A stretch of DNA of 64,000 bases from Phoronis australis (Eukaryota; Animalia; Phoronida). The notes under the pieces are model-generated. The model was given only the letters and a program-made list of their open reading frames with translations. It did no database searches and was not told where the DNA came from. Position numbers and translations under genes: made by a program. The stretch covers positions 845,988 through 909,987 of the forward strand of contig NMRA01000082.1 of NCBI GenBank assembly GCA_002633005.1, read 5' to 3'. This document shows, one piece after another, positions 1 through 13,200 of this stretch. Position 1 is the first letter of the stretch. The number at the start of each line of letters is the position of its first letter.

Positions 1-2769
1 GGTTGTGATCGGACACGTGAATAGTTTGAGTGAAGCACGTGTGTATTTTAAAAAACTGCAGAAGAACATAAGAAACTAAGAGTTTGAAGGCTTTCAGATA
101 AATAAAAAACGTATCTCGAGTGACGTAGGCGCTGTGATATAACACTCAATCTTATTCCTCGTATCTTTCATGAACTTGTGTTACGTGAAGCTGGCACATG
201 CGTTCCACATACGCGTGAAATAAATAACACTTCTTTGGAAAAAATCCGGCCGCGTTCCTTTTGATTTGCTGGCAGGCACAAATATACAAGCGTCGCTGTG
301 TGTCTGAACTCGGATTGCAATTCGACATCTCGTGAAATCTACGTCGGTGATCTAGGTTAGTTCTTTTAATTCCTTTGTTTTGATTAATGTTTTCCATTGT
401 GATTAATGTGTTGTACTATTATTTATCCCATACGCGTTGAATCAGTCGGGTGCAATACGGCCATGTGATGTTGTTTTGCGTATTCAATTCCCGCACTATT
501 TCAACGGTGACTTCTGTCATGGAAAGTCCAAAAGGTAGGTCACTCGACTCGACGTCGTTAGCCGGTTCGATCATGACTTTCCGAAAATAATTTAAAATAA
601 TACAATTGCAACAGTATAAATAACACTAAGCATGAAATCAGGTCCAAGTGTAACATCTGAAACAAGACTCTTCATTATACACTGTACTGTATGACAATTC
701 TGACTCAGTTTTCAATTGCTAAATATTACAACTCAGTTGCCGATTCCTCGGTAACTACGGTATCAGATATTGTTGTTATTTAACTATTTCAGGAAATGTT
801 ACTAGTTCAATGCACAGTTACCAACCATTGTTCCATCTTCGTTATCTCTTTTCAACTAACAAATCGTTACATTTAGAGGTAATTTTTTTTCTTTTTCTAG
901 TAAAAAATTGAAGCCTTACGCGCAAGTACATAGATATAGGATTTGATCTGTCACGTGAACAGTCTGGGTGAAGTAGACACCGGTGACCTAAGGTCGTGAC
1001 TATAAGCATAAAAAGCAGTTGATTGTCATACTACCCAATGTCCGTTAGCAGCTGCTCATGGGAGGTCATGGACATACAGTGTATATTAGTCTTCACAAAT
1101 ATACGTGTTTTGCCAATCTTAAGCCTTGTTTGTCTCCGTAAGCAGAGTTTTGAAACGGTCGCTGATATCACCGGCCATTTTGAATGAGGCCCTAACGTCG
1201 TGACCGTTTCGTTTAGACGCAAATGCACGAAGCAGGACCACACAAATCAACTGCAGTGCTTACAGATACTGTAGACGACACAAAAAACATTGCATTGCTT
1301 ATTATTTCAATTTCAATTAAAACAAGTTGTTTTGTGTTTTGCAAACAACTTCGATGTGCACAGACGTTTTCAATGAGGTTGTTTACGTAAAACGCTAAGA
1401 ACCCAGCATAAATTATCCCTCAGTATTTTATTGCTTTGGCCTTACGAAACTTGATCGATCCTGGGACATTTTGATTAATTGTTCAAGCCACCCCTGGAAC
1501 GCGTGTTACAACAAATCTGAAACATGTTTAGTTTCAAAAATATAATCTGAAAATGCACAAAAATGTGAATTAGTGGAATAGGCTGTCTTAAGATGCATTT
1601 GTAAAAAGAAGCCACCCAATCACTGTTTATTTTCATATTGTGAATATCAGCAAGTCCGGGTATTCGTTTAACGTTCGTAAGCAGACGAACACTGGAAACT
1701 TCAACGCTAGATGTCGCGCGACTGTGCAGAAGCGGAAATAAGATCGGGCACTCACGACTTTAGGATCTCCGACGGTATTAAAAATTCTGCCGAAAAAATG
1801 AAAGAAATTTAGGAATTGAAGGACTATGGGATAAATTTAATTGTATCTTGATTGGCGTAGATGAAGTAATATCCCACTTGACATTATTTCGCGTATCGAA
1901 TGAGACCGAAGAACAAGTTTGTAATTTCCAACGTTCATAATCCACTGTAGATCCCGGACTGCCAGATGGAATCTAGGAGAATTTTAACTAGGCTCATGGC
2001 ACCCTTGGCTCCCTCTAAAGCCGCCACTGTAATCTGTATACTCCTCGCCGTTTAGCTGCCTAAAAATAACAAAAACGAAACTTATGTCGGCTCTTTGCTG
2101 TCTTAAAATTGGCCTAATGAAGGTCCATTCCTTTATTGGATTTTATATGTTACCAACAACAACGTCAAGACCATAAGCGACTTGTTGTGAAGCATGATGC
2201 TCACTGTGTCGCTGAAAGTACGTAACATAGATAAACGAATCAAACAAATGCGAAGGGGGAAACACGAGGTTTATTCAACCTTAGGAATAATATAGGTGAC
2301 AAAAATGAAGACAACTTTCCAAAATGTTTGACAATTAAATGCTATTACACGGTCTACCTGTAAATATCAATAGAGGTTCAAGACCGATGAAATATTTGGT
2401 TAGACCAGTAAAGGAGGTCACGTGAAAGGAGTAAATTGGACAATTTCAAAATAGAGTAGACGATTTGTTAGCTTTAGTGTAACGCTGTATACTAAATATA
2501 CAACTTTGCGTCGATGTGGGTAACAAAATGGTCAAATAGAATCTGACAAAAAATTAGTGTCGTAAGAAACTACCCCCTTCCATCAGTAAATTAAATGATT
2601 TACCCATTTTGGAAAGATTGGCGTTCTATCGGTATTCTGCTGTTAAATATGTGGAGAGATCTTAAGCGTCGGCCTTCGAAGCCATGGGATACTGCGCCAC
2701 CTATTGGTGCCTCTTTTATGAAATTGCGTACATGCAACTACGAATTATCTCGAATGTTTTTATTACCCG

Positions 2770-3640
2770 AATTAAAGACGTGAAAGCTCAGCTCAAGGTA
2801 CATGTATGTCCGGAGAAGATTGACAAAACGGGAAAGCTGGGAGATTCAAGCTCTAGTGCTACCAGATAATCTTGCTACCAAAATTAATGTGGACACTGTT
2901 GGTCTACGACGTCACATCATCCTCTTTATATCAGTTAGAAAGAGCAGTATGTCGGCTTAATAAAAGATGGCTCGAGTTTTCTGCGTCATTCAGCAACGTC
3001 GGGCTGTACTGCAAGTTGGACGGAACCTGTCCTACCAGTCATATCTGTGGTAGAAGAATACAGTTACCAAATTGTGAGCCAGCATCACTCTGCCAACATA
3101 TCTCAACAGGTCATCAGTAGATGCAGCACACAGACACGCACCGGCAGAAAGTGTTCCACCACGTCAACGACCAGCGAGGCAGAGATTCGGTTGAGGCATA
3201 AGCAAATTAATTGGGACAGCTTGCTAGTGTAGCAAGAATTGGGCTATAAGACCGGTAAGCCAGCAAGGAAAAGATGTCAAGACTCAGACAGAGACTGCAT
3301 AATCAAGGGAGTTAGATCGTCAGACAATGAAGAAAGGTGTGTCCGAGCAGTCCAGATGGGCAAGAAGAGGCATGGTCAAAGAGGGAAGAAGCTTTGTACA
3401 GGGAATTCAAGTGGGCAGATTTGTGGAAGATGTTTCCCCTAAAAGCAAAGTTCATTATCATGTCTCATTAAGATGCACTGCCTTCAACCAGCAACCTTGC
3501 TACTTGTCACCTTAATGACAACCCGAGCTGTATCCAGTGTGGATAGTGTACTTTAGAGTACACCCTATCCTCTTGGATCAAGTCTTAGACATCAGGAAGG
3601 TACACCTACGGACAGAACCAGTTTTCACAAGAGTAATGGT
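2770..3640 (+). mobile_element. Degraded Hero/NeSL-type (RLE) non-LTR retrotransposon fragment
   Basis: Frameshifted peptides KIDKTG..., LLPKLMWTLLVYDV...RWL, RTGRK...EAEIRLRHK, RAVQMG..AW, LPSTSNLAT...NPSCIQCG.CTLEYTLSS, GRYTYGQNQ follow the post-RT, zinc-knuckle and GRYTWRHNQ order of Hero-clade ORFs. Confidence 0.78.
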
Positions 3641-4150
3641 TGAACCAACCAAAGTCGTCAAACTACCATTTAGGCAATTTCAAAATAAAACGATCGAGGA
3701 GGATAATTAGAGCTTAATTAAAACTCCATTTTTTTGCAAAATGGCTTTTCTGTGTAGCAGTTCAGGTATACTTGGAAATTTAGAGCTGTCTCATGTTGTG
3801 TAATGTATCACCCGTTACGTCCCACAAAACCTTGGAACGTTCTGGTGAAAATAGTCTGCTGTGAACACCCGTGATCTTCCGAAACACAATTTTTGACTTT
3901 CTGAATTTCTTCTGCTTCCGGTAAAAGGATAAGCATGTGTGAAAAGTATTCTTTGACGCGCAGAGATTGGAGTGATTATATGAAAATTGCTAAATCACTG
4001 ATAATTCCATTGGAATACACAGAAACAACAAAACTAACAACGATGTTCGAGTGAATGGTTCACATGACTTGTTCAACCAATCTGTCAAAGAGACATACGT
4101 GTAATGTACTGTAACTTTTTTCGTTCTGCTCATTGTAGGTCTGTGAACGA

Positions 4151-4229
4151 ATGAAGATACGGCATTTGACTCGATTCCAGCCTGTGGTTGTCCTGTTGTT
4201 GTTGCTGAAACCGCCTCTGTTAATTGCAG
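4151..4229 (+). CDS. Coding exon 1: signal peptide
   Basis: [26 protein letters not shown], basic N-region then hydrophobic core; donor GCAG|gtaaca (phase 1). An upstream acceptor cattgtag ending at 4138 implies a 5'UTR exon further upstream. Confidence 0.72.
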
Positions 4230-7200
4230 GTAACAGCAATGACATTACTATCCTAACTCAGACACAAGACACAGAACCAAATTTTAATCAATCGCGCTGC
4301 AAGATTGAATGGGTAAAAGAGGTTGTCCTGTAGTATTTCAATTTTTAGTCTAATTTCAAATAAAGAGAATGTACCTCAGTCCGAGCAGTTGTCACGACCC
4401 CGAACACTGGCTGAAGAGATGGGCGGCGCTAGTTTTGGTTTCTCACAAACAATGCTTATCGATTAAACTAATTGGAACCAGTTTAGTAACATAATAAACT
4501 ACCTGGATTTTCTATATATGAGCTCTGTCGAAAAAAGCACTCAGTGTAGACGCACTTTCTTGTCTCATTTAGTTACACGGACCCGGTCAACCTAGGCTCT
4601 GAAGGTTTACCCACCCTAGTAATCAAATGCAAAATAAGATATGCTAAGATGTTTTGATTTGTTGTGGTTCATAAGGTAATAGGTAACATTTTTTAGCAAA
4701 GTAATAGTACATGTAGTTGTTTAGGCGCTCTGTTTGAGAGGTACTAAGGTCATAAGTCAAAGGTCGCATGTGATTGTGCATCCGGAAGTGACGTCATCCG
4801 CCAACCGGAAGGAAGTGACAATGGCGTCACAAATCATAATGTAATAGGTTTATTTGGACCGGTTGGAGAGGGACCTCGATTCAAGATCACTATCCCCTTG
4901 GTCGCGGAAAGCCCTCCAGAGACTTAGGACGCTTTCCACAAAAAGAACAAGAAGTGTGCAAATATTTCAGTCCACATCTTTTTTCAACTCCGCGAGAAAC
5001 GTTGCTTGCAATGCACTAGCGCGACGTAAGGATTTTCCTTTGCATGATTTCTTCATTTGATGTTCGCCGCGGCGTTTCCAATAACACAGTCGTTCGCAGT
5101 TATGAACCCACAAAGCAGAAAAGCGCTATTCCGATCATTCACATGCAAGTAAGAATTGCACTAATGGAATCCAGCGAGTTCCCGAGTATTTACGCGTTTA
5201 TTTACGTGGGCATTTACGCGGTTATTTACGTGGGCATTTACGCGGGTATTTACGTGACCATTTCATGATAATCTTGTGCATGTGAATGGGGCTTTTATGC
5301 TTCAAAGACATGTGCCAAAACCTTTTTAATTTCGTTTTTACGTTTTTAATTGGTCTTCGTCCTCACCTCAAGCCCTGTCCAACACACTGGGATGATGGGT
5401 ATCAAGCTAACCTGTGTCGATCCAGAGGACACAAAATGATGGTATCAATTGATCTTACGATGAGAGTGTGGCTTTTTCTGGCATTACAGAGATCCCTGAT
5501 AAATAAGGAAGTCCCATCCGGCTACAGTACTTTGTAATCATACATGTTCTTGTAGAGCGTTTTGTGGTGATATAGACCGCAAATGTGTTCAGAAGCTCCT
5601 AAATACATTGTAATGCGATCCTGGATTTTTGTTGTTGAAAATTCAAAAACTGCACAAAGCTCCAAATTATTTTTACAGAATCTTATTTCGTTTCAAAGTT
5701 TGAAGTCTTGTTTAATCAAAATTCGCTTAAAACTGTGTTTTGTGTCTTCTCAAGAGGTGAGCTTCGAGCCGGCGATAGTTACTGAAATGTGCTCAGCTAC
5801 TTGTTTATTTTTAAATCAATACATCAGAACAAAAATAAACCAGTTTTGCTGCTTAATTATTGGTTTTTGGTGCATAATCAAATTAAAATTATATGCAGGG
5901 AAATAACACAATAACTTAAGGCGGAGCTTATATAATGATGTTAGATCACACGAATGATTCATGTAAGTTTCAGCCACTGAAATGTGTTCTTGTGCTCACA
6001 CGTATTCACCTGATTTCCTTAAAGTTATGTTGATTAATTAATTAACGAGTTTTTAAAGTCTCATGGTGAAGGTCTAAAACAGATTGGGATTTACATAAAT
6101 TAAGTTAAGTCACGTGAGTGATTCAAATATTTAGTGCTGCTGTCGAACGTGCGTGGTTACGGCCAAGTTTGAATTAAACTTTAGCGATTCTTGTGGTAGC
6201 AGATTTTGGACTTCCGAACGCTTCAATGAACCTAGAAGTATTTATTTTTGACATTTCTGTGATACAAAGCCTTCACTGAAAACCTCATATAAAATTCCGT
6301 GCAACAATTAACAAAACAGAAAAGAAATAAAAGATGCAGACTTTGAAAATTACAAGCTTCACAGTAAAATCTCATCAACTTAAGATTTTGGATACGATTG
6401 GCTCGTGGTTCTTCACCACTGTCAGAGCTTTCATCATTGCCACCAAGTTGCTGGGGTACGAAGTCTTCTTCGTCATTATCTCATCGTCCTCACTGACTAA
6501 GTCCTCCAAGTCACTCTCATCTCCTAACAAATGTGACACATCACCCAACTCCACGGTTTTCTAAGTGTTGGCATGGTGACGACGGCGCCCAGTGTTGCAA
6601 TTATGCAGCATGGCTTTTCAGGACAAGCACACTTAGTAAACAAAATATTATTCAACATAAGCTTACACAGTAAAAAGCATGATATTTAATGGTTTGACTC
6701 CATTACATCGAAATAATAAATTTACTTGGACTGGGTAGAGAATGTCTTTGTGTTTTGCGCACAGAACAGCTTACAGCATGGCGGCAGACATCTTGAGTTT
6801 CTAATACAAATAGTTAGCTCATTTTTCAAGAGAGGTCCCTCATAATGTTGCATTACTGCACCAATGGGCTTTCGAGGGTACGCAAGTAATAACGTGAGTG
6901 GAAAATTATTGGCGAGTTGATTATAGATTAGCAAAAGTTGCGTTGCAATACTACACCAGGGAACCGACAAAACTGCAATTTCATTAGTAGATACAGTTGG
7001 AAAAAAACAAACAGTTGACTTAAAAGTATATCAACGTTACATGTATATGGAGTACTTTGTAAACGAATATACTCCACAAAGTAAATAATAAAAATAAGAA
7101 ATTGTTTACATTCACGTTAAAGTACTATCTCCTTAAGTTTAGTGGAATGGGCCATTGGTAGCCTCTCATGGAATTATTTCACTCACAATGGGCTAACAAT

Positions 7201-10200
7201 GTGCTATTTCAGATCACTTCTCACGCCATTTTCTGTTTTTAATCACCAGACTTGAGTGAGCAGACTCGTATGTAGGTATGTCTTATGGAAAAGGCATTCA
7301 TTAACGTCATAAGAATATGAAATATTTATGCCACAGGTAGTGGTCGATGGTCGTGGGTCGAGCGGGTTGTGGGTTGAGGGGGTGGTGGGTCACGGGAGTC
7401 GAAGGAGGTGAGGGTCGAGGGGGTCTTAGAACAATCCGTTAGTATGCGTGTATTACATAGCAAGTGATTTCATAAGTCGGGCCCGTCGTGTCTACAATGG
7501 GTAGAAATGACTGTAAATTGAGCGTCTCGGTATTCCAAATCATTCGACGATATTTTCGCAGAATGGAACAGAACAAAAAGGAATTCACTGGGCAGGAACA
7601 TATCTGAAGCCGTGGAGGACTATAGAGGTTGTAAAGTGGTACACTTTCGACGTTATGACGAAGAAAACTCTCGACAAGGTATACTTTACCCGACAAGGAG
7701 CAGATTCTGTGTCACTCAGTGAAGGTGGATATGAGAAACTACATGTAGAGGTATTCATTCAAATCCTTAACAAAGAAGAATCTTAAAGAAAAGAAGCAGT
7801 GTTCCCAGAAAGAAACGTAATTGTACCACTCCTCCAACCCTAACAGTGTTGAATCCAGCGCAAGCGGCAGAGAATGATTAGTCACATTTGAAAAACGGAA
7901 CTGAACCGACAACGGTAACGGAAACCAAGAACACTTTTGAGCCGAAGACGCCCTGCAGATGAAATAGACGGAGACAATAACAGAGCACATCAGAGTTGGA
8001 ATGGAACTGTTACAAGACATCGATAAACATCTCATTAACACTGTGCTGATCTGAGCGTGGATTCGATTAGGAGTGTAATAGTTAAGATGTGGTAACCGTG
8101 TGGTAAAGAATGTGATGAACTCTTTTCCATTTGTTTTATTGCCGCCATAGCATTTATCCAGCCGGTTACGAACTGTGCTATCGCCTCCCAGTGCTGGAAT
8201 CTTATCAACTCTCTCCATGACCTGACCACTTGATACGTTTGGCCCCTCCGGTACTCCCGTCCAGGACTATATACCTGTACTTCCCCTCAGCGACCGCTCT
8301 CTCTTAGAATTTGTTCACGGATTAATGTAATCGCAGCTCGTATACAGGCATATATTCAACGTCTAGTAAACGCTTATTGTATCTTATGGCCTTAAGTAGG
8401 TGGTCAGCACGTGTACTGCATACAACATTAATTCCAAGGGTGGTCATAAGGACAGATTTTCGATGACGGTGTCACCATGGAACATTTAATTCAGTTCTTA
8501 GAACATTTGATAATTCATTTTACCACTTGTATGGATAATGGTGTCTGAACGCCTTGATGATTCTTGTACTATATTTTAATGCGTTTTGTTATTATTACGT
8601 GACGAGCAAGTTGAGAATTTGACAACGAAGACTGCTATTTTGACTGAAATATGACATTGCACATAAAATGTTTGAAAATTCATGTAACGTTGATTTCCGG
8701 TTTCAGAAAAAACTTGGACTTTTACAATTTAATCTTTTTACACAAGTATCAAATTATCTAAAGTCATTTTTTCAATTTCCGTGATTTTTGCAAACGCCTA
8801 AAAATCCCGATTTTTTATTTAAGCATCCTTTCCAGCAAGTCTTGACCTGCAATTTGCAAATGTGAAAACAATGTACACAATTTCACTAGCTAGATAGAGT
8901 TTAACCGTGGCCAAATTCTTTATCAAAAATCCGGAAATAATTTGGCATAGCCAATTAGTCGCTCTGTATACAGTCGCTTAGAGAGAAAACCTCTGTCTTT
9001 CATAACCGACTGACTTACGAATTGATTTTTGGATTCATTGTATCATACACTTGGTACTTTTACTTTCAAATCCTAAATTGCAAACAAATCTGGACCGTGG
9101 TTCCTCGATACAATCACCAGTGCCGTACAACTTTTGTGTTCAAGCCAATCACTGCGCTAGTAATGTCGGTCGCTGATTGAACCTCCATAAACCGGACTGT
9201 CTCAAGTCCGAAGATCCCTGGAACTGATTCTAATGATGGATTTGAGAGTGTCAGTTTTCTGTTACCCCGCTAACACCTCTGGCGCCTTCAACTTGACACT
9301 TTTCAGATGCGTAGAGAACGACCCGCTTGCTTGGGAGTCGCTGCTTCAAATGTTTCAAGAAATTTTTGATCACGAACACACAGTAACTCTCGAATCTTGG
9401 CAAATTTAACCTCAATTACGTAATATCCGTCAACCACTTATGTTCCGTTGCGCCACTAGTTTTACACAAGTTCATTATTTTTGTCGCATTCTTTACACGG
9501 TTTTGTCCGCTGCGTTTTTCGAGACGTCCTCCAGTGCCAATGACGTAATATTGATGTGCCATGGGATAAAACTCCGACGGGAGAAAATTGATTTAACTTG
9601 ACAAGTATCCGTGGATGCTACGATCATTTTACCCTTACCTTTTGGCTAGCACTTTTTATCCCGAAGTCCAGCTTTTCAACCCAGTTGTCCCGTTTTCGTT
9701 CTTGAATGTTGACTGTGACAAGTATGATAGGGGTGTTAAAGTAAAATTGTCTCTTATTACAAATACTGCTATTTTCCAGAGTCCACTTTCTTAAGAAGCA
9801 TAACAAACATAATGTCTTTTGTTTACGGCAACATACTACTTCTTTTATCAGGTCAAGGGTAGTCACTCGAGGGGTTGTACAGGTGGAGGGGTGTCGTGGA
9901 TCGATGGGGTAGAGCGATGTAGAGGTCAATTGTGTTTAGAACCATCCAGATAATTTTCTATTTATTATCCATCATAAAACCTTCATTTGTAACTTTCGAA
10001 TAGACAATTGGAGTAGTTTATCGCATTTATCGTAAATGTCACTACACTAAATCTGCCTTCGCTTGGCGCGACATGGCGCGCCTACGACAATACATGTTTT
10101 GATGTTGACGGCATAAATCGTTGCACACGTATACTGTCCCCCAGTAAAGGATTTATCTCGACTGCGACGAGACATGTCCTAATACCCATTTTTCTTTCAG

Positions 10201-13200
10201 TTTGCAGCCGTGGAGAGTTCGGATATAAATGTAGTGGATACTGTTACTGCAAGAATAAGTCAGGCTTCAATGATGGCTGCAATCCTTACACTGGGAAGTG
10301 TTTCAGGAGCGGTTGTGAACCAGGATTCAGTGGGAATTATTGTCAGATGAGGCGTAAGTTACGACCGGGAACAAGTAGTTAGCAAATATTTTCAGCGTCG
10401 AGTACATCTCTTCATAACAGTTACTTGTCCCAATGTCCATGTACCAACTGCATCCAAAGATGAACATATTTTGAAAAGGGCAACGTTGCTTTGCAAAAAC
10501 AACGATCATGGCGGCTCCTTACATGGATATTTTTGAAGAACGTGGTCGTGGGCCAAATCGCCCACAGCTGGGCTTTAGATATTTTGACCAGTTTATAGGA
10601 CCTGCGGTTATGTCTGGGGATGGCATTGTCAGTTTTGATAGTTCGTCAGCTCAATCAGTAAGTTACACTACAAGTGCTTGGTATAAATTGCCGCCAAGTT
10701 CGTCTCGAATAAACAAATTACATAAATCCATAAGTAGGATATGCCGTGTCTCAATATGCTAGATATCATGCTCCTAAAATTGTTTTATGGTAACCGAGTA
10801 GTTTCGATATGCTGCTCTGTATTGCGTGTGGTTTGGAATGCAAGGCCTGGTTGCAACTTTTTACACGTCCGGCGGTTCAAGTTAAGCAATGCCAGTTCCT
10901 CAATAGTAGTTTGTAAGCGACACGTGCTCTTAAAATTACCTTTGAATTTCCATGAAAGGTTAAGAATTGCAAAACCTATTTTAACAGCAAATTCAACTGT
11001 TCAACGCCCAAAGCAAACCCATTGCAGTGGGTACATGTTCCTTTCACTTCATTGGCTTTCGGGACTCGCCCAAGTTACGGTAGAAGCATTTATTTCCAGC
11101 GTTACTTACGACTGAAGGCGGCGCTGTGCATCTCGTCGAAGGAGCATTCACACCAGCACCCGACAACCTGTACGACGTGGTCGACGGTAACAGGGGCACA
11201 CTGTGGAACATTTCTGGATTTTCTAGTAATGATTTCAAAAAAGGCTCGGTTACGTTGAAGCTAGACAGCATGAGTTACATCTACAAAATCAAACTGAAAC
11301 TTTCAGCGACAATCAGTAAGTAAGCAATATTATGGATGGACAAGGACAGGCGTTGCTTAAAACAAGACAAGATCAGCGTAATATTGCTCTGCAATTTTCG
11401 GACTTCCCGTGTTCGGCAAATTGCATAACACTACATATATGTAGATTACATATTTAGATGGAACGCCAAACAAGCATCACGAATTCTTGATTCAAAATTT
11501 AATCGCAACATCAAATATTGAATTTCAGCACATTTGTTTAATTTTTCATGGGTGGCGCAGCACTGAAAAAAGTGGTGCACCGCCTATAGACTATGTACGA
11601 CTTAGCACTGAAAAAAGTGGGGGCTATAGCCCCTCCCCCCAGCCCCCCCTATGGTGCGACGCCCATGTTTCTGGCGGAGCACCTACAAATTGGTCGCCTT
11701 ACAGCTGTAGATGTGCGTTTTTTTCCGTGAATTGCCATTTAGTAAGTAAGAACATGCAGGAATATAATATTCTTACCTACAGGTAGACCTGTGTTCTAAA
11801 TTGCTGACATTTATTTAATTTCTCATGGAGCACCTACGTGTATAAAACTGGTCGGCTTATTTGAAGGGCAACAAATTGTTCTTTTCATGAATTGCCCTTA
11901 GGTATTAGTACGCCAGCTTACACTGGTCAGTGATTACTGTACATATGTACTTACTGATATTGGCAAAACATATTCAAACGTTTTTTTCGAATACCAAGAC
12001 AAATCAGCCTGTTCGCCGACTTGATTTCGTTTAGTGTGTGCTCGTATTCATTTCTACTGGTACCCTTGATGTAATCAGCCACCTGTATGGTTGGCCGTTG
12101 AGTACCGAGGGACGTTGGGGAGAAAGTATTGCCGTGAAGTTACGTGCGTAAATTAAATATTTGCGGCGTAAATATTTTTTGCGGCGTAAAGAAATTATTC
12201 AGCATAAATTATTTAGTCATGGCGTAAAAATATTCGCAGCGTAAAGTAATTAGTGTACTTTACGCCGCAAAGAGTAACTTTACGCCATTAAACTACGTGC
12301 GTACGTTAAAATAATTTTTAGAGACGTAAATTAATTACTTGCGACGTAAAGTAATCAATTGCGCCATAAAGTAATTATTTGGGGCGTAAAGTAATTATTT
12401 GCAGCATAATTTAACGGCGTAAACTAATTATTTGCGCCATAAAGTAATTATATGCGGTGTGAAGTAATTATTTGCAATTTAAAGTAACTATTTGCGGCGT
12501 TAATTTACGGCAATTTTTTCACCTAACTATGAGTAACCGTTGGGTGAAAGTGTCGTCGTAAAATCAAGCCGCAAATATTACTTTACGCCGAAAAAACTAG
12601 TTAGTGCCGCAAATATTTAATTCACGCGACTAATAAGAATTAATGTAAGCAAGTAGTTTTACAGCGATAGTTTCCCCCAACGACCCTCACAACATCTGCC
12701 CATATAAATGTACCCCGGCTACAAGGTATGTTATCGTGGCTAAACATGGAAAATAAACAGTCTAAGCATGGCTTCTTTGCATTGTTAGTACCTTCAAAAT
12801 GGTTGGTTTGTCTTCGCCTAAGCATGGTGGCTGTGTTTTGATTGAAGCTACCGTGTCATGTTTACGTTGCATTTCCAGCTTTCCAGCAAAAGAAGTTTTG
12901 CAAGGCGAAAGCTCCATTCCGTTTATCATGTAAACACGGTGCTAGGGTCTACTTTCATCGGGACACGGAGCTCAAAACAACTGACGAGTGCTCCAGTACT
13001 AAGACCATTAACAAGTGCTCCGACAAAGGAGGGGAAATGATGATAAGCAAAATGAACAGCATTTGTAAAAGTCAAAGAGTGCAAGGTTATTGTAGTTTTG
13101 CTGTTGATCCAGCTGCATTGGACTCCTCATGCCAATATGCCAACGAACTCATCTCAAAAGCTGAGTGTTTCCGTAAGTAAGCATTGCGTTGCGTTTACAG

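Noticed and set aside
7560-8300. 159-aa minus-strand ORF and coding-like composition
   Set aside because: No recognisable motif in the frames I read; may be a decayed repeat but I cannot support a call.
12129-12513. CRISPR-like repeat array
   Set aside because: Units are contiguous and degenerate, with no unique spacers and no cas genes; eukaryotic intron.
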